Shown: one piece after another, positions 51,211 to 62,489 of the stretch
How positions within the stretch are numbered: the first letter of the stretch is position 1
How the letters are laid out: each line of letters starts with the position of its first letter
NCBI RefSeq assembly: GCF_963921235.1
Contig: NC_086097.1
Location: forward strand, 35,218,001 to 35,282,000
DNA from: Mobula hypostoma
Taxonomy: Eukaryota
DNA: 64,000 bases
Reading direction: 5' to 3'
Made by a program: the position numbers and the translations under genes
The notes under the pieces: generated by a model
Databases searched by the model: none
What the model was told of the DNA's origin: nothing
Seen by the model: the letters and a program-made list of their open reading frames with translations, nothing else

Positions 51211-54200
51211 TTGCTTGTCTATTATTAGTTTTCACACTTTAAATCTCAGGTTACACAATTCCGTGTCACTTTCATCATCAGATTTTTCATCAACAGTGTG
51301 CAGATTAGAGCTTTTATTCAAGCTGCATTAGTTCCTCTTTTTCTCTTTCCTGTGCAGTGCATTGATTTTTATTTGCCCAATATGCTCTTTGTATGGGCAA
51401 AACCTTGTTGTATTTTCTCCAAATTCTCCCTTTAAATCTGTATTTCTTTGATGTATGTGAGTCCCTGCCACAACGGCAACATAAATAGTTCTCCCAGACA
51501 GGTGTCTGTTTCGACCATGCAATTTTGTTCGCGCTCACTTTCATTCCTGAGTGCAATTCAATTGTGTTGCTGTCCGCAGTTTCCATTGAAACAGCTATTT
51601 CCACTATTCTTTTAAATGTAAGCTGTGCATCAGTTAGGAGCCATTTTTGAATGCTTTCTTTTAAGATTCCACAAACTAGTCAATCTCTCAGTGTATCATT
51701 AAGCCCATTACCAAACTCAGAATACTCAGACAATCGCTTCAGTTCAGCCGTGTAAGCTGAAATGGACTCTCCTTCTTTTTGATTCCACTTATGAAACCTA
51801 AAGCATTGCTAAATCAACAGTGGCCTCAGTTCTAAGTGTTCCTACGTTAGTTTTACAAGATCTGCAATGGAGCAATCAAACCTCGAAGTAAGCTGTATGC
51901 CTTTCCACCCAATACACTTAGTAAAATCAGTACTTGCTTCTCACTGGCTATTCCACTTGTTTCAAAATACTGTTCCATTAGCTCAGTATACATGAACATA
52001 GAACACTGAATAGTACAGCACATTACAGGCCCTTCGGCCCACAATGTTGTGCCGACCCTCAAACCCTGCCTCCCATATAATCCCTCGCCTTAAATTCCTC
52101 CATATACCTGTCTCGCAGTCTCTTAAACTTCACCAGTGTATCTGCCTCCAACACTGACTCAGGCAGTGCATTCCACGCACCAGCCACTCTCTGAGTAAAA
52201 AACCTTCCTCTAATATCCCCCTTGAACTTCCACCCGTTATCTTAAAGCCATGTCCCCTTGTATTGAGCAGTGGTGCCCTGGGGAAGAGGTGCAGGCTGTC
52301 CACTCTATCTATTCCTCTTAATATCTTGTACACCTCTATCATGTCTCCTCTCATCCTCCTTCTCTCCAAAGAGTAAAGCCCGAGCTCCCTTAATCTCTGA
52401 TCATAATCCATACTCTCTAAACCAGGCAGCATCCTGGTAAATCTCCTCTGTACCCTTTCCAATGCTTCCACATCCTTCCTATAGTGAGGTGACCAGAACT
52501 GGACACAGTACTCCAAGTGTGGCCTAACCAGAGTTTTAGAGAGCTGCATCATTACCTCGTGACTCTTAAACTCTATCCCTTGACTTATGAAAGCTAACAC
52601 CCCATAAGCTTTCTTAACTACCCTATCTACCTGTGAGGCAACTTTAAGGGGTCTGTGGACATGTACCCCCAGATCCCTCTGCTCTTCCACATTACCAAGT
52701 ATCCTGCTGTTTACTTTGGAGTTGGTCCTTCCAAAGTGTACCACCTCACACTTCTCCGGGTTGAACTCCATCTGCCACTTCTCAGTCCACTTCTGCATCC
52801 TATCAATGTCTCTCTGCAATCTTCGACAATCCTCTACACTATCTATAATACCACCAACCTTTGTGTTGTCTGCAAACTTGCCAACCCACCCTTCTATCAC
52901 CATATCCAGGTCGTTAATAAAAATCACAAAAAGTAGAGGTCCCAGAACAGATCCTTGTGGGACACCACTAGTCACAACCCTTCAATCTGAATGTACTCCC
53001 TCCACCACAACCCTCTGCCTTCTGCAGGCAAGCTAATTCTGAATCCACCTGGCCAAACTTCCCTGGATCCCATGCCTTCTGACTTTCTGAATAAGCCTAC
53101 CGTCTGGAACCTGTCCAAATGCCTTACTAAAATCCATTAGATCACATCCACTACACTACCCTAATCTATATGCCTGGTTACCTCCTCAAAGAACTCTATC
53201 AGGCTTGTTAGACCCGATCTGCCCTTCACAAAGCCAAGCTGACTGTCCCTGATCAGACCATGATTCTCTAAATGCCCATAGATCTTATCTCTAAGAATCT
53301 TTTCCAACAGCTTTCCCACCACAGACATAAGGCTCACTGGTCTATAATTACACGGACTATCCCTATTACCTTTTTTGAACAAGGGGACAACATTTGCCTC
53401 CCTCCAATCCTCCAGTACCATTCCCGTGGACAACGAGGACATAAAGATCCTAGCCAGAGGCTCAGCAATCTCTTCTCTCGCCTCGTGGAGCAGCCTGGGG
53501 AATATTCCATCAGGCCCCGGGGACTTATCTGTCCTAATGTATTTTAACAACTCCAACACCTCCTCTCCCTTAATATCAATATGCTCCAGAACATCAACCT
53601 CACTCATATTGTCCTCACCATCATCTAGTTCACTCTCATTGGTGAATACCGAAGAAAAGTATTCATTGAGGACCTCGCTCAGTTCCACAGCCTCCAGGCA
53701 CATATTCCCACCTTTATCTCTAATCGGTCCTACCTTCACTCCTGTCATCCTTTTTTCCTTCACATAATTAAAGAATGCCCTGGGGTTTTCCTTTACCCTA
53801 CTCGCCAAGGCCTTCTCATGCCCCCTTCTTGCTCTTCTCAGCCCCTTCTTAAGCTCCTTTCTTGCTTCCATATATTCCTTTTTAAATCTTTTTATTGAGT
53901 AAGTATACAAAAAAGGTAAGCCATATAAACATTAATACAATGTTAAAGTATAATAAAATTCCAAAAGATAACAATACCAAAAAGAAAATACTACAATGTA
54001 ATTTAAGCATAAGAAACCAAGATAACATAATAGTTTACTAAATTTTATATATATCAATGGAAAAAAAGAAAAAAAAACCCCCCAAAAAAACCCCACCGTG
54101 CAACTAACTAAAAGCAAAGCAAAGCAATGGGCTAACTTGAAACCAAACAGAGTTAAACTTAAAATCACGTCCTCAATCCCGACCTCCATTAAAACAGTGA

Positions 54201-54223
54201 AAAAAAAACAAGAAGGGTAAATA

Positions 54224-57200
54224 TTACATTAAATGAAAATATCGAATAAAAGGTCCCCAAATCTGTTCAAATTTAAATGAAGAATCATAAAGGTTACTTC
54301 TAATTTTCTCCAAATTCAAACATAAAATCGTCTGAGAAAACCAAAAAAAGGTAGTTGGAGCATTAAGCTCTTTCCAATGTTGTAAAATACATCTTTTCGC
54401 CATTAAAGTAAGAAATGCAATCATTCTACGGGCTGAAGGGGAAAGATTACTAGAAATCTTAGGTAGTCCAAAGATAGCAGTAATAGGGTGAGGAGAGATA
54501 TCTATATTTAATACCTTAGAAATAATAATGAAAATATCTCTCCAAAAAGTTTCCAAAGTAGGGCAAGACCAAAACATATGAGTTAAAGAGGCTATCTGCC
54601 CCGAACATCTATCACAGAAAGGATTAATATGCGAGTAAAAACGCGCTAACTTATCTTTGGACATATGTGCTCTATGAACCACTTTAAATTGAATTAGGGA
54701 ATGTTTAGCACAAATAGAGGAAGTATTAACTAATTGTAAAATCTGCCCCCAATCATCCACAGAAATGGTAAGCCCCAATTCCTGTTCCCAATCTACCCTA
54801 ATCTTATCAAATGGAGCTTTCCTAAGTTTCATAATAATATTATAAATCATAGCCGATGCACCTTTCTGACATGGATTAAGGTTAATTATCGAATCTAAAA
54901 TATATATAGGAGGGAGCATTGGAAAGGAAGAAAGTATAGTACTTAGGAAATTTCTAACTTGTAAATATCTAAAAAAATGTATTCTTGATAAGTTATATTT
55001 ATTAGATAATTGTTCAAAAGACATAAGGGAACCATCTAAAAATAAATCCAAAAACCGTAAAATACCCTTAGTCTTCCAAGTTTGAAAAGCGCGATCCGTA
55101 AAAGAGGGAGGAAAAAATATGTTACCTAAAATAGGAATCGCTAACCCGAATTGATTAAGATCAAAAAATTTTCTGAATTGAAACCAAATGCGCAAAGCAT
55201 ATTTAACTATCGGGTTAGAGACCTGCTTAAGGCGTTTCGAATCAAAAGGAAGAGAGGAACCTAAAATAGAACCAAGTGTATAACCCTGAACAGATTGTAA
55301 TTCCAATGCTACCCATTTAGGAATAGATAGTATGTCCCGGTCAAGTAACCAAAATTTCATATGTCGAATATTAATAGCCCAATAATAAAATCTAAAATTA
55401 GGTAATGCTAAACCTCCATCTCTCTTAGCTTTCTGTAAATGTATTTTACCCAGTCTCGGATTCTTATTCTGCCAAATAAATGAAGAAATTTTAGAGTCAA
55501 CTTTATCAAAAAAAGATTTAGGAACGAAAATTGGTAATGCCTGAAACACATATAAAAATTTTGGCAAAAAAAACATCTTAACTGCATTAATACGACCAAT
55601 CAAAGTTAAATATAAGGGAAACCATTTAGATGAAAGTTGAGTAATATGGTCTATTAATGGTAAAAAGTTAGTCTTAAATAAATCTTCATGTTTACAAGTA
55701 ATTTTAATCCCAAGATATGAAAAGTAATTATTAATCAATTTAAATGGAAATTTATAATATAAGGGAAGATGTTTATTAATCGGAAAAAGTTCACTCTTAC
55801 TAAGATTTAATTTATAACCTGAGAAAAGACCAAATTGTGCTAATAACTCTAAAACAGCAGGAATGGATCTCTCAGGATTAGAAATATATAAAAGTAAATC
55901 ATCAGCATAGAGTGATAATTTCTGGGACTTTAATCCCCGAGTTATCCCAGTAATATTTGAAGATTCTCGAATAGCAATTGCAAGAGGTTCTAATGCAATA
56001 TCAAATAATAGGGGACTAAGAGGACAGCCTTGTCGAGTACCACGAAAGAGAGGAAAAAAAGGTGAGTTTAAAGAGTTAGTACGAACCGAGGCTACAGGGG
56101 AATAATATAACAGTTTAATCCAGGATATAAATTTCAAGCTAAAATTAAACATTTCAAGCACCTTAAATAAATAAGGCCATTCTACTCTATCAAAAGCTTT
56201 CTCGGCATCTAAAGAAATAACACACTCAGGAACATTTTGTGAGGGAGTATAAACGATATTTAACAATGTACGAATATTATAAAAAGAGTAACGACCTTTA
56301 ATAAAACCCGTTTGGTCTTCCGAAATAATAGAAGGAAGTACTTTTTCTAGTCTATTTGCTAATAACTTAGAAAAAACTTTAGAATCAACATTTAATAAAG
56401 ATATTGGTCTATAAGATGCACATTGAGCAGGGTCTTTATCCTTCTTTAGTATTAAAGAAATTGATGCTCTATTAAAAGATTCCGGAAGTTTACCAAGTTT
56501 CAAAGAAGCCTCAAAAACCTTATAGAGCCAAGGAATCAATAAAGAAGCAAAACATTTATAAAATTCAACGGTAAATCCATCAGGGCCAGGAGCTTTCCCC
56601 AGATTCATAGAAAAAATAACATTCTTAATCTCATCCATTGTAATGGAAGTATCTAATAAAGAAGACATATCCCGTGAAATCTGAGGGAAGTCTAACTTAT
56701 CTAAAAAATCATTCATATATTTAGAATCTCGAGGAGACTCTGATTGATATAAAGAAGAATAAAAATCACAAAAGGTTTGATTAATCCCCACATGATCCAA
56801 TATCAATCGATCATTTTGGTTATAAATCTGATTGATTTGAGATTTAACATAATTAGATTTCAATTGATTAGCCAGCAGCTTGCCAATTTTATCACTGTGA
56901 ACATAAAAATCACTTCTTGTTTTCTTTAATTGGTTTACAATCGAGGACGAGAGTAGTAAACTGTGTTCCATTTGAAGTTCAGTTCTTTGTTTGTATAGCT
57001 CCTCAGAAGGAGCCATAACATATTTCTTATCAATTTCTTTAATCTTGTCCACAATTGCCATCTCCTCCTGCTTCTGTTTCTTCCTCAAAGCAACGGAATA
57101 CGAAATAATCTGACCCCGAATATAGGCTTTAAAAGTGTCCCAAAGAGTGTTAACCGAAATATCTTCTGTATAGTTAATTGTAAAAAAAAGCTCAATCTGT

Positions 57201-58000
57201 TCATTCATAAAATTAACAAAGTCCGAGTCCTGAAGCAACAGCGAATTAAAACGCCATTGTCTATTGTTTGGTATATTGGCCATAATTTTAATAGAAAGCT
57301 TAAGTGGAGCATGATCCGAAATGGTTATAGAATCATAATCACATTTAATCACTGAAGGAATGAGACGAGAACCAATGAAAAAATAATCAATTCTTGAATA
57401 GGAATGATGAACATGTGAAAAGAAGGAAAAATCTTTTTCCTGAGGATGCAGAAAACGCCAAATGTCCGTCGACCCAGAATCAGAAAGGAAAAAATTAATA
57501 AAATTTGCAGATTTATTAGGTAAAGTCCGTAAAGGAGCCGAACGGTCCAAAGCTGGAGATAAACAGGTATTAAGATCTCCGCCCCAAATCAATGAAAACT
57601 CGTTCAAATTCGGAAACTGATCAAACAATGATTTATAAAATTCCGGACAATCCATATTAGGAGCATAAACATTAACCAAAACTACTTTTTTATTAAATAG
57701 TAAACCACTAACCAATAAAAATCTACCATTCGGATCAGAGATAATATCCTGTTGTATAAAAGTAACTGAGGAATCTATAAAAATAGAGACGCCTCGAATC
57801 TTAGCATTAGAGTTCGAATGAAATTGTTGTCCCTTCCAGAATTTGAAAAAACGTAGTCTGTCCCCCCTCCGTACATGGGTCTCTTGTAAAAATAAAATTT
57901 GTGCTTTAAGTCTCCGGAACACTTTAAAAACTTTTTTCCTTTTAATAGGATGATTAAGACCATTAGTATTCCAGGAGACAAAATTAATAATAGACTCCAT
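54224..58000 (-). CDS. L1 ORF2p: APE endonuclease, reverse transcriptase, C-terminal CCHC (1258 aa from the ATG at 58000)
   Basis: SWNTNG, LQETH, GDLN, SRIDY, SDH; GPDG, YRPISLLN, LDAEKAFD, QGCPLSP, YADD; CDRC...HMFWSC; no internal stops. Confidence 0.95.
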   Translation of the reverse strand: MESIINFVSWNTNGLNHPIKRKKVFKVFRRLKAQILFLQETHVRRGDRLRFFKFWKGQQFHSNSNAKIRGVSIFIDSSVTFIQQDIISDPNGRFLLVSGLLFNKKVVLVNVYAPNMDCPEFYKSLFDQFPNLNEFSLIWGGDLNTCLSPALDRSAPLRTLPNKSANFINFFLSDSGSTDIWRFLHPQEKDFSFFSHVHHSYSRIDYFFIGSRLIPSVIKCDYDSITISDHAPLKLSIKIMANIPNNRQWRFNSLLLQDSDFVNFMNEQIELFFTINYTEDISVNTLWDTFKAYIRGQIISYSVALRKKQKQEEMAIVDKIKEIDKKYVMAPSEELYKQRTELQMEHSLLLSSSIVNQLKKTRSDFYVHSDKIGKLLANQLKSNYVKSQINQIYNQNDRLILDHVGINQTFCDFYSSLYQSESPRDSKYMNDFLDKLDFPQISRDMSSLLDTSITMDEIKNVIFSMNLGKAPGPDGFTVEFYKCFASLLIPWLYKVFEASLKLGKLPESFNRASISLILKKDKDPAQCASYRPISLLNVDSKVFSKLLANRLEKVLPSIISEDQTGFIKGRYSFYNIRTLLNIVYTPSQNVPECVISLDAEKAFDRVEWPYLFKVLEMFNFSLKFISWIKLLYYSPVASVRTNSLNSPFFPLFRGTRQGCPLSPLLFDIALEPLAIAIRESSNITGITRGLKSQKLSLYADDLLLYISNPERSIPAVLELLAQFGLFSGYKLNLSKSELFPINKHLPLYYKFPFKLINNYFSYLGIKITCKHEDLFKTNFLPLIDHITQLSSKWFPLYLTLIGRINAVKMFFLPKFLYVFQALPIFVPKSFFDKVDSKISSFIWQNKNPRLGKIHLQKAKRDGGLALPNFRFYYWAINIRHMKFWLLDRDILSIPKWVALELQSVQGYTLGSILGSSLPFDSKRLKQVSNPIVKYALRIWFQFRKFFDLNQFGLAIPILGNIFFPPSFTDRAFQTWKTKGILRFLDLFLDGSLMSFEQLSNKYNLSRIHFFRYLQVRNFLSTILSSFPMLPPIYILDSIINLNPCQKGASAMIYNIIMKLRKAPFDKIRVDWEQELGLTISVDDWGQILQLVNTSSICAKHSLIQFKVVHRAHMSKDKLARFYSHINPFCDRCSGQIASLTHMFWSCPTLETFWRDIFIIISKVLNIDISPHPITAIFGLPKISSNLSPSARRMIAFLTLMAKRCILQHWKELNAPTTFFWFSQTILCLNLEKIRSNLYDSSFKFEQIWGPFIRYFHLM

Positions 58001-58721
58001 AAATCCTAAAGTCAACCCACAACAAGGAGGATTGACAATAGGCGCGACCCACAAACCCGGAGAGGAAACAGAACATACAAAAGATACCGGGGAAAAGGAC
58101 GCAACCAGTACTTCAATAATGTATATAGCCCAAAGAGAAACAAACTAAAACGTGAAGCCCCTCCCACCACCCACCACCCCAAAACTCCAAGGCAAAATCT
58201 AAAGCAGACCCGCCAGAAAGAAGCAAGCGCTAAAACTACCCCCATGACTTCCGGTATACGCTCCCTAAAAAAAAGGTATAAATATGAAAAAGATCAGCTA
58301 ATTGTAAAACAGTAAAAAAATAAGTAAAAAAAAGTTAACTCAATTAAGATACATACAGAACAGAACAAAAGCCGGAAAATATATATTAAAAAAAACCGCA
58401 ATAAACCTCAAACTCATGAATAGACACAGCAACAAAAAAAAATAGGATTATTAACATAAAGTGATTATAAAAAGCAAAACAGAATAAAATTTAAAAAAAA
58501 CTACAAAATTTAAGGCCGCACAGGAAATACTTAAGATGACAAAAGGGAAGTAACCACCCAGAATCCCCTGGGAAAAGAAAGAAATGACGCAGTTAAAAAG
58601 AAAGTTTAGCAGCCATATTAAGAAATCAAAAGTAAACTTTTCTGCCCAAATAGGGCACAGAAAAGTTAAAACCAACCAATTCACAGCCTCCGATCAACGG
58701 AGATAATTAAAAAAAAGGCAA

Positions 58722-59621
58722 TTAAGATGTTGAAGATGAAAGTTGATCCAGATAACTCTGGGCATCCGATGGAGAATCAAAAAAACGAAGGGCTCCATCT
58801 AACATGCGAATCCTTAGACGTGCAGGGTACAGCAGCGCTGGTCTTAAATCCATCTTATAGAATTCCGACATCACGGATCTGTAACGGACCCGTTGGTCCC
58901 AGATTGGTTTACTGAAATCTTCCACGAATCGGAACTTAAGATCCGAAAAATCAATGAAACCTTTAGATCGAGCGAATCGAAACAGTCTCTCCTTGTCTTG
59001 AAAATAATGAAAACGTAAAATAACATGCCTAGGTCTATCTGACCTAGACGAGTATGATGGGATTCTGTGAACACGATCCAGTAGCGGTGGTTGGTCAAGA
59101 AATACAGTAGGGAATGCATCTTTTAAAAGTTGAGAGAAATATTTCATGGGATTGTTGGCTTCAACGGCTTCCCTCACGCCGATCATTCGTAAATTCTGCC
59201 GTCGCATTCTAGATTCTAAGTCAGAGTTTTTAAAAGTCAAAAAGTCCAGTTTCTTCTTCATAACATTAATTGTTTCTTCGATTTTCCCCATCTTAAGCTC
59301 ACTTTGTTGCGCGAATTTTTGAAGATCAGATATAGCCGACTGATGTTCCGCAATACATGTTTGCATCTTATCAATTAAATCGGCAATTTTCTGGAAATTA
59401 GTTGAGATTTCCGTATGAATCAGGTCTTTAACAGGTCCTGCAATTTCCGTACGAATCATCTCCCTAACAGAGGTTGAAATTTCCCTCTGAATTAACTCCG
59501 ATATCGCTTTCAAAGTCACCGGTGATTCAGTCGGGGGGAGATCCGTAGCTTTTGGTTTAACCGGAGGTTTACCATCCTTGCCGTCTTTCTCGTTCTTAGA
59601 CATAGCAGATCTAAGTTCCAT
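58722..59621 (-). CDS. L1 ORF1p (coiled coil, RRM, CTD; Transposase_22-like), 299 aa
   Basis: Coiled-coil heptads, DLESRMRRQNLRMIGVRE, DRVHR, PRHVILRF, LLYPARLRI. Confidence 0.92.
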   Translation of the reverse strand: MELRSAMSKNEKDGKDGKPPVKPKATDLPPTESPVTLKAISELIQREISTSVREMIRTEIAGPVKDLIHTEISTNFQKIADLIDKMQTCIAEHQSAISDLQKFAQQSELKMGKIEETINVMKKKLDFLTFKNSDLESRMRRQNLRMIGVREAVEANNPMKYFSQLLKDAFPTVFLDQPPLLDRVHRIPSYSSRSDRPRHVILRFHYFQDKERLFRFARSKGFIDFSDLKFRFVEDFSKPIWDQRVRYRSVMSEFYKMDLRPALLYPARLRIRMLDGALRFFDSPSDAQSYLDQLSSSTS

Positions 59622-60452
59622 CCAGTTGTCGGAGAATTCAGTTTAATTCAAAGTATTGTAAGTGTTGATGCCTTAATGGTTAATTAAAGTATAGCTGACC
59701 ATAGAGAAAAAAAACTCAGAGGTAATGGAGCGAGTCAAGAACGCGACTTCACTCCATGAGCGCTACCGGAAGTCTCCCGCTTCCATATATTCCTCAATAG
59801 ACCCATCTGATCCTTGCTTCCTAAACCTCGTGTATGCTGCCTTCTTCCACCTGACTAGATTTTCCACCTCACTTGTCACCCATGGTTCCTTCACCCTACC
59901 ATTCTTTATCTTCCTCACTGAGCCATTTCCTCATGTGAGCCAATTACCTGTTGTATAATCAAACTCGTCAATCTTTCTGATGTATCCAGCCATTTCTGAT
60001 TTGTTTTGTAATGATTATTATCAACCTGTACTCACTCTTTATGAACTCTGAATTCTTTCATTCATGACCTTCTTTTTAACTTGATCGTGCCTTTCCTTCC
60101 AAAGAGTGCATGGTGCTCTATTTAGCATTGCAGTTGCTGTGTTTTATTTTATTTCGAATGTTGTGCTGCAACACGTCAATAGATGTGTCGGGTTTATTTT
60201 AAAATGTTATGTTTTGTAACTTCAAAACATTAAACTAATTCAAAGAAGACATGGGAGTCCCGAATGCAGGTCTAGCTTCATCTTTACTTTCGGTAAGGTG
60301 CACTCGTATCACATGGTAGCATGATGACGAATGTAATTAACGTTTTTACATATAATCCATAATTATTTATTTAAATGAATAAGAATGCTTAAACGATATA
60401 TATTATACAAGATTACTCAAATATTGAAATATCAAATACACAACAAATATTG

Positions 60453-60468
60453 TGTGCAAAAGTCTTCA

Positions 60469-60506
<38 letters not shown>

Positions 60507-60543
60507 ATTATGAGGTTGCCTAAGACTTTTGCACAGCACTGTA
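60453..60543. mobile_element. Tiny Tc1-type MITE around an (AT)n tract
   Basis: TGTGCAAAAGTCTT ... AAGACTTTTGCACAGCACTG inverted termini; second copy at 62189-62260. Confidence 0.65.
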
Positions 60544-60784
60544 TTTGTCAATGTGCAGTGGAGTGGAGAACGAGTTCATAAATCTGGTGGGAGCAAAGGA
60601 TACTGAGAATAATGAGAGTGGAGCGCCGCGGAAGGGCGTCAGACAGGTGGCGGAGAAAGAGTGCCAGGGGTTGGGGGTGGCATGGCTGTTGAGAGCCATT
60701 GGACTCAGTGGTGAAAAGTCCACCTTTTATGAATAATATAGGCCTAGGGTCGATATGATCTGGGCTTCAGCCAGATAGGAATGT

Positions 60785-62003
60785 TGTGATGTTCTCATTT
60801 TTAAAAAAGTCTTGACTTGAATGAATGCTGTGTAAATACTACTCAAACACAATTGTCAGTCGGCACAAAATAACAGATTGTATGCTGCATAAAATTTTAA
60901 AGAAAGTATATTTACAAATTTCAGCTTTATGGAACAGTTAGCAGGAAAAATAAGATAAAAAATAAATAAAAGGGCCCATTTCTGTTAATCCAGTCCAAAC
61001 GTGCACATAAAGTTGGAGCTCATCTTGAAGTTGTCCTTTTTACTCACACTCTGGACCCACAGTCTGCCTGAAAGCACACACCACATTCCGAACTTTGCTC
61101 GAAATCCATCTCAAACCAACAGGCTCTCTCTCAGGAGTATTGGCCCTTCCTCCTTCCCACGACGTTCCCATCCATCTTCCCTCCTGTCCTCTCCACAGCT
61201 CCTGCCAAAATGACCATGAACCCCACCAGTATGTGTCATAAATTTTTCCACCCAGCTCTCTCTAGAACCTTCTCCCAATTTCGCTATCCTGATTGGCTGA
61301 CGCAACATTCCTAAGTTGAACAACATAGCCCTTTTTCTTTTAGGCAAAAGCCAATACATCCTAAAGGTAGGATGTTGTAGGGTGGATGAAATGACCGGAG
61401 AGACAGAGTCACTGGTAGATACAAAGCAGCTTCTTTATTCAACACAACTAAGTACAGCAGGCATCTCGAGACGCTTTCCGCAGAAAAGGTCTGCTCGCTA
61501 AGTGTGGGCTCGATATTTATATGCTAAACACAAAGGCAATCGCTACTTAAGAAGTTAGACAGTACACAGACAATGCTTCCTATTGAAGCTACATACAACA
61601 TCTCACCTTCAGATTTCATCCTTTCCTTCTGACGCCAACATGTCTGGGTTGGTATCTACAGCCTTTAGGAATGTAAGTTAAGTCTACGATACATTTATTT
61701 GGCATTTCCCGTGCTAACATAGAAGACAATTAATACAATTAATATTTATAATGTATAGGTGATACGGCCTTCGAAACTACATTATCAGGTCAATCTACCA
61801 GAAGCATCTCTGGTATTTACACCTTTTAGGAAGCCCATTGTGTGGACTCAATCCACAGTCCTTTGTCAAACAGTTAAAATAGAAGTCTGGTGGCCAAAGT
61901 CATTTAAGTGTTAACAAATCATCTACCCAAAAAGAAATCCACTCTAACATAGGACATGGTGTTTTTACAGAACTGCAGTGAAAATCTTAACCAGGGCATT
62001 GCA
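60785..62003. mobile_element. Solo LTR (about 640 bp net) carrying a nested solo LTR
   Basis: Termini TGTGATG...CATTGCA; TSD AATGT at 60780-60784 and 62004-62008. Confidence 0.72.
61373..61949. mobile_element. Solo LTR, 577 bp
   Basis: Termini TGTTG...TAACA; TSD TAGGA at 61368-61372 and 61950-61954; AATAAA on the - strand near 61435. Confidence 0.8.
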
Positions 62004-62188
62004 AATGTCTCTGTGCTGCTTCAATCTCCCTCCCCTGGTTCTTCCCTTTTCCAACCATGATTCCCCTCTCCCTGCCCCCTTCCCACTCTCAGTTCACAAT
62101 AGAGACCCACATCAAAATCAAGTTTATCATCATTCACATGTCACAATTTTTTTTGGCAACAGCATTAAAGTTCAGTATATAAGATTAC

Positions 62189-62260
62189 TACAGTACAGTG
62201 CAAAAGTCTTAGACACCCTTGTTATATACCTTTGTTATGTGCCTAAGACTTTTGCATAGT
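62189..62260. mobile_element. Tiny Tc1-type MITE
   Basis: TACAGTACAGTGCAAAAGTCTTAGACAC ... GTGCCTAAGACTTTTGCATAGT inverted termini. Confidence 0.65.
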
Positions 62261-62489
62261 TTTGAATGAACTGTGACAATACATTCACGTAAGTAGATGA
62301 AGACTGTAGGATACAGAATTCATCATGTGTGGGTCTCACCATAGTGTGGTGTTATTGTAGATAGGCTTCCTTAGTTCTAGATACATCCTCCTGCAATAAA
62401 AATAATTTTGGGAAGTGAAGCTAGAGCAAGAGCACGATAGCTGCAAATGTAACGTGCAAAACTATTAATTTAATCTTTGGCTTGTTTGG

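Larger units (their letters stand above)
53880..59778 (-). mobile_element. Full-length, apparently intact L1-clade LINE (5.9 kb)
   Basis: TSD GCTTCCATATATTCCT at 53864-53879 and 59779-59794; 5' end GGGAGACTTCCGG; two open ORFs; AATAAA and a short A tail at the 3' end. Confidence 0.95.
51992..59918 (-). mobile_element. CR1 LINE (same subfamily as 5553-6915), interrupted by a full-length L1
   Basis: RT ORF pieces 52130-52975 and 53161-53879; continues at 59779-59918 after the L1 TSD. Confidence 0.9.
49460..60445 (-). mobile_element. Degenerate Gypsy element (5' LTR, gag, protease) carrying multiple nested insertions
   Basis: LTR-like TGTTAT...ACAACA at 60205-60445; gag ATG at 59993 (MAGYIRKIDEFD..), continuing YTELMEQYFE at about 51990; knuckle CCRCGRDSH; protease IKMELDTG at about 49930 and LRTYTGEK. 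Confidence 0.75.

Noticed and set aside
58001..58054. N-terminal extension of L1 ORF2 in the ORF track (MWVAPIVN...)
   Set aside because: It starts at a non-ATG codon; the ATG at 58000 directly precedes the endonuclease motif SWNTNG.
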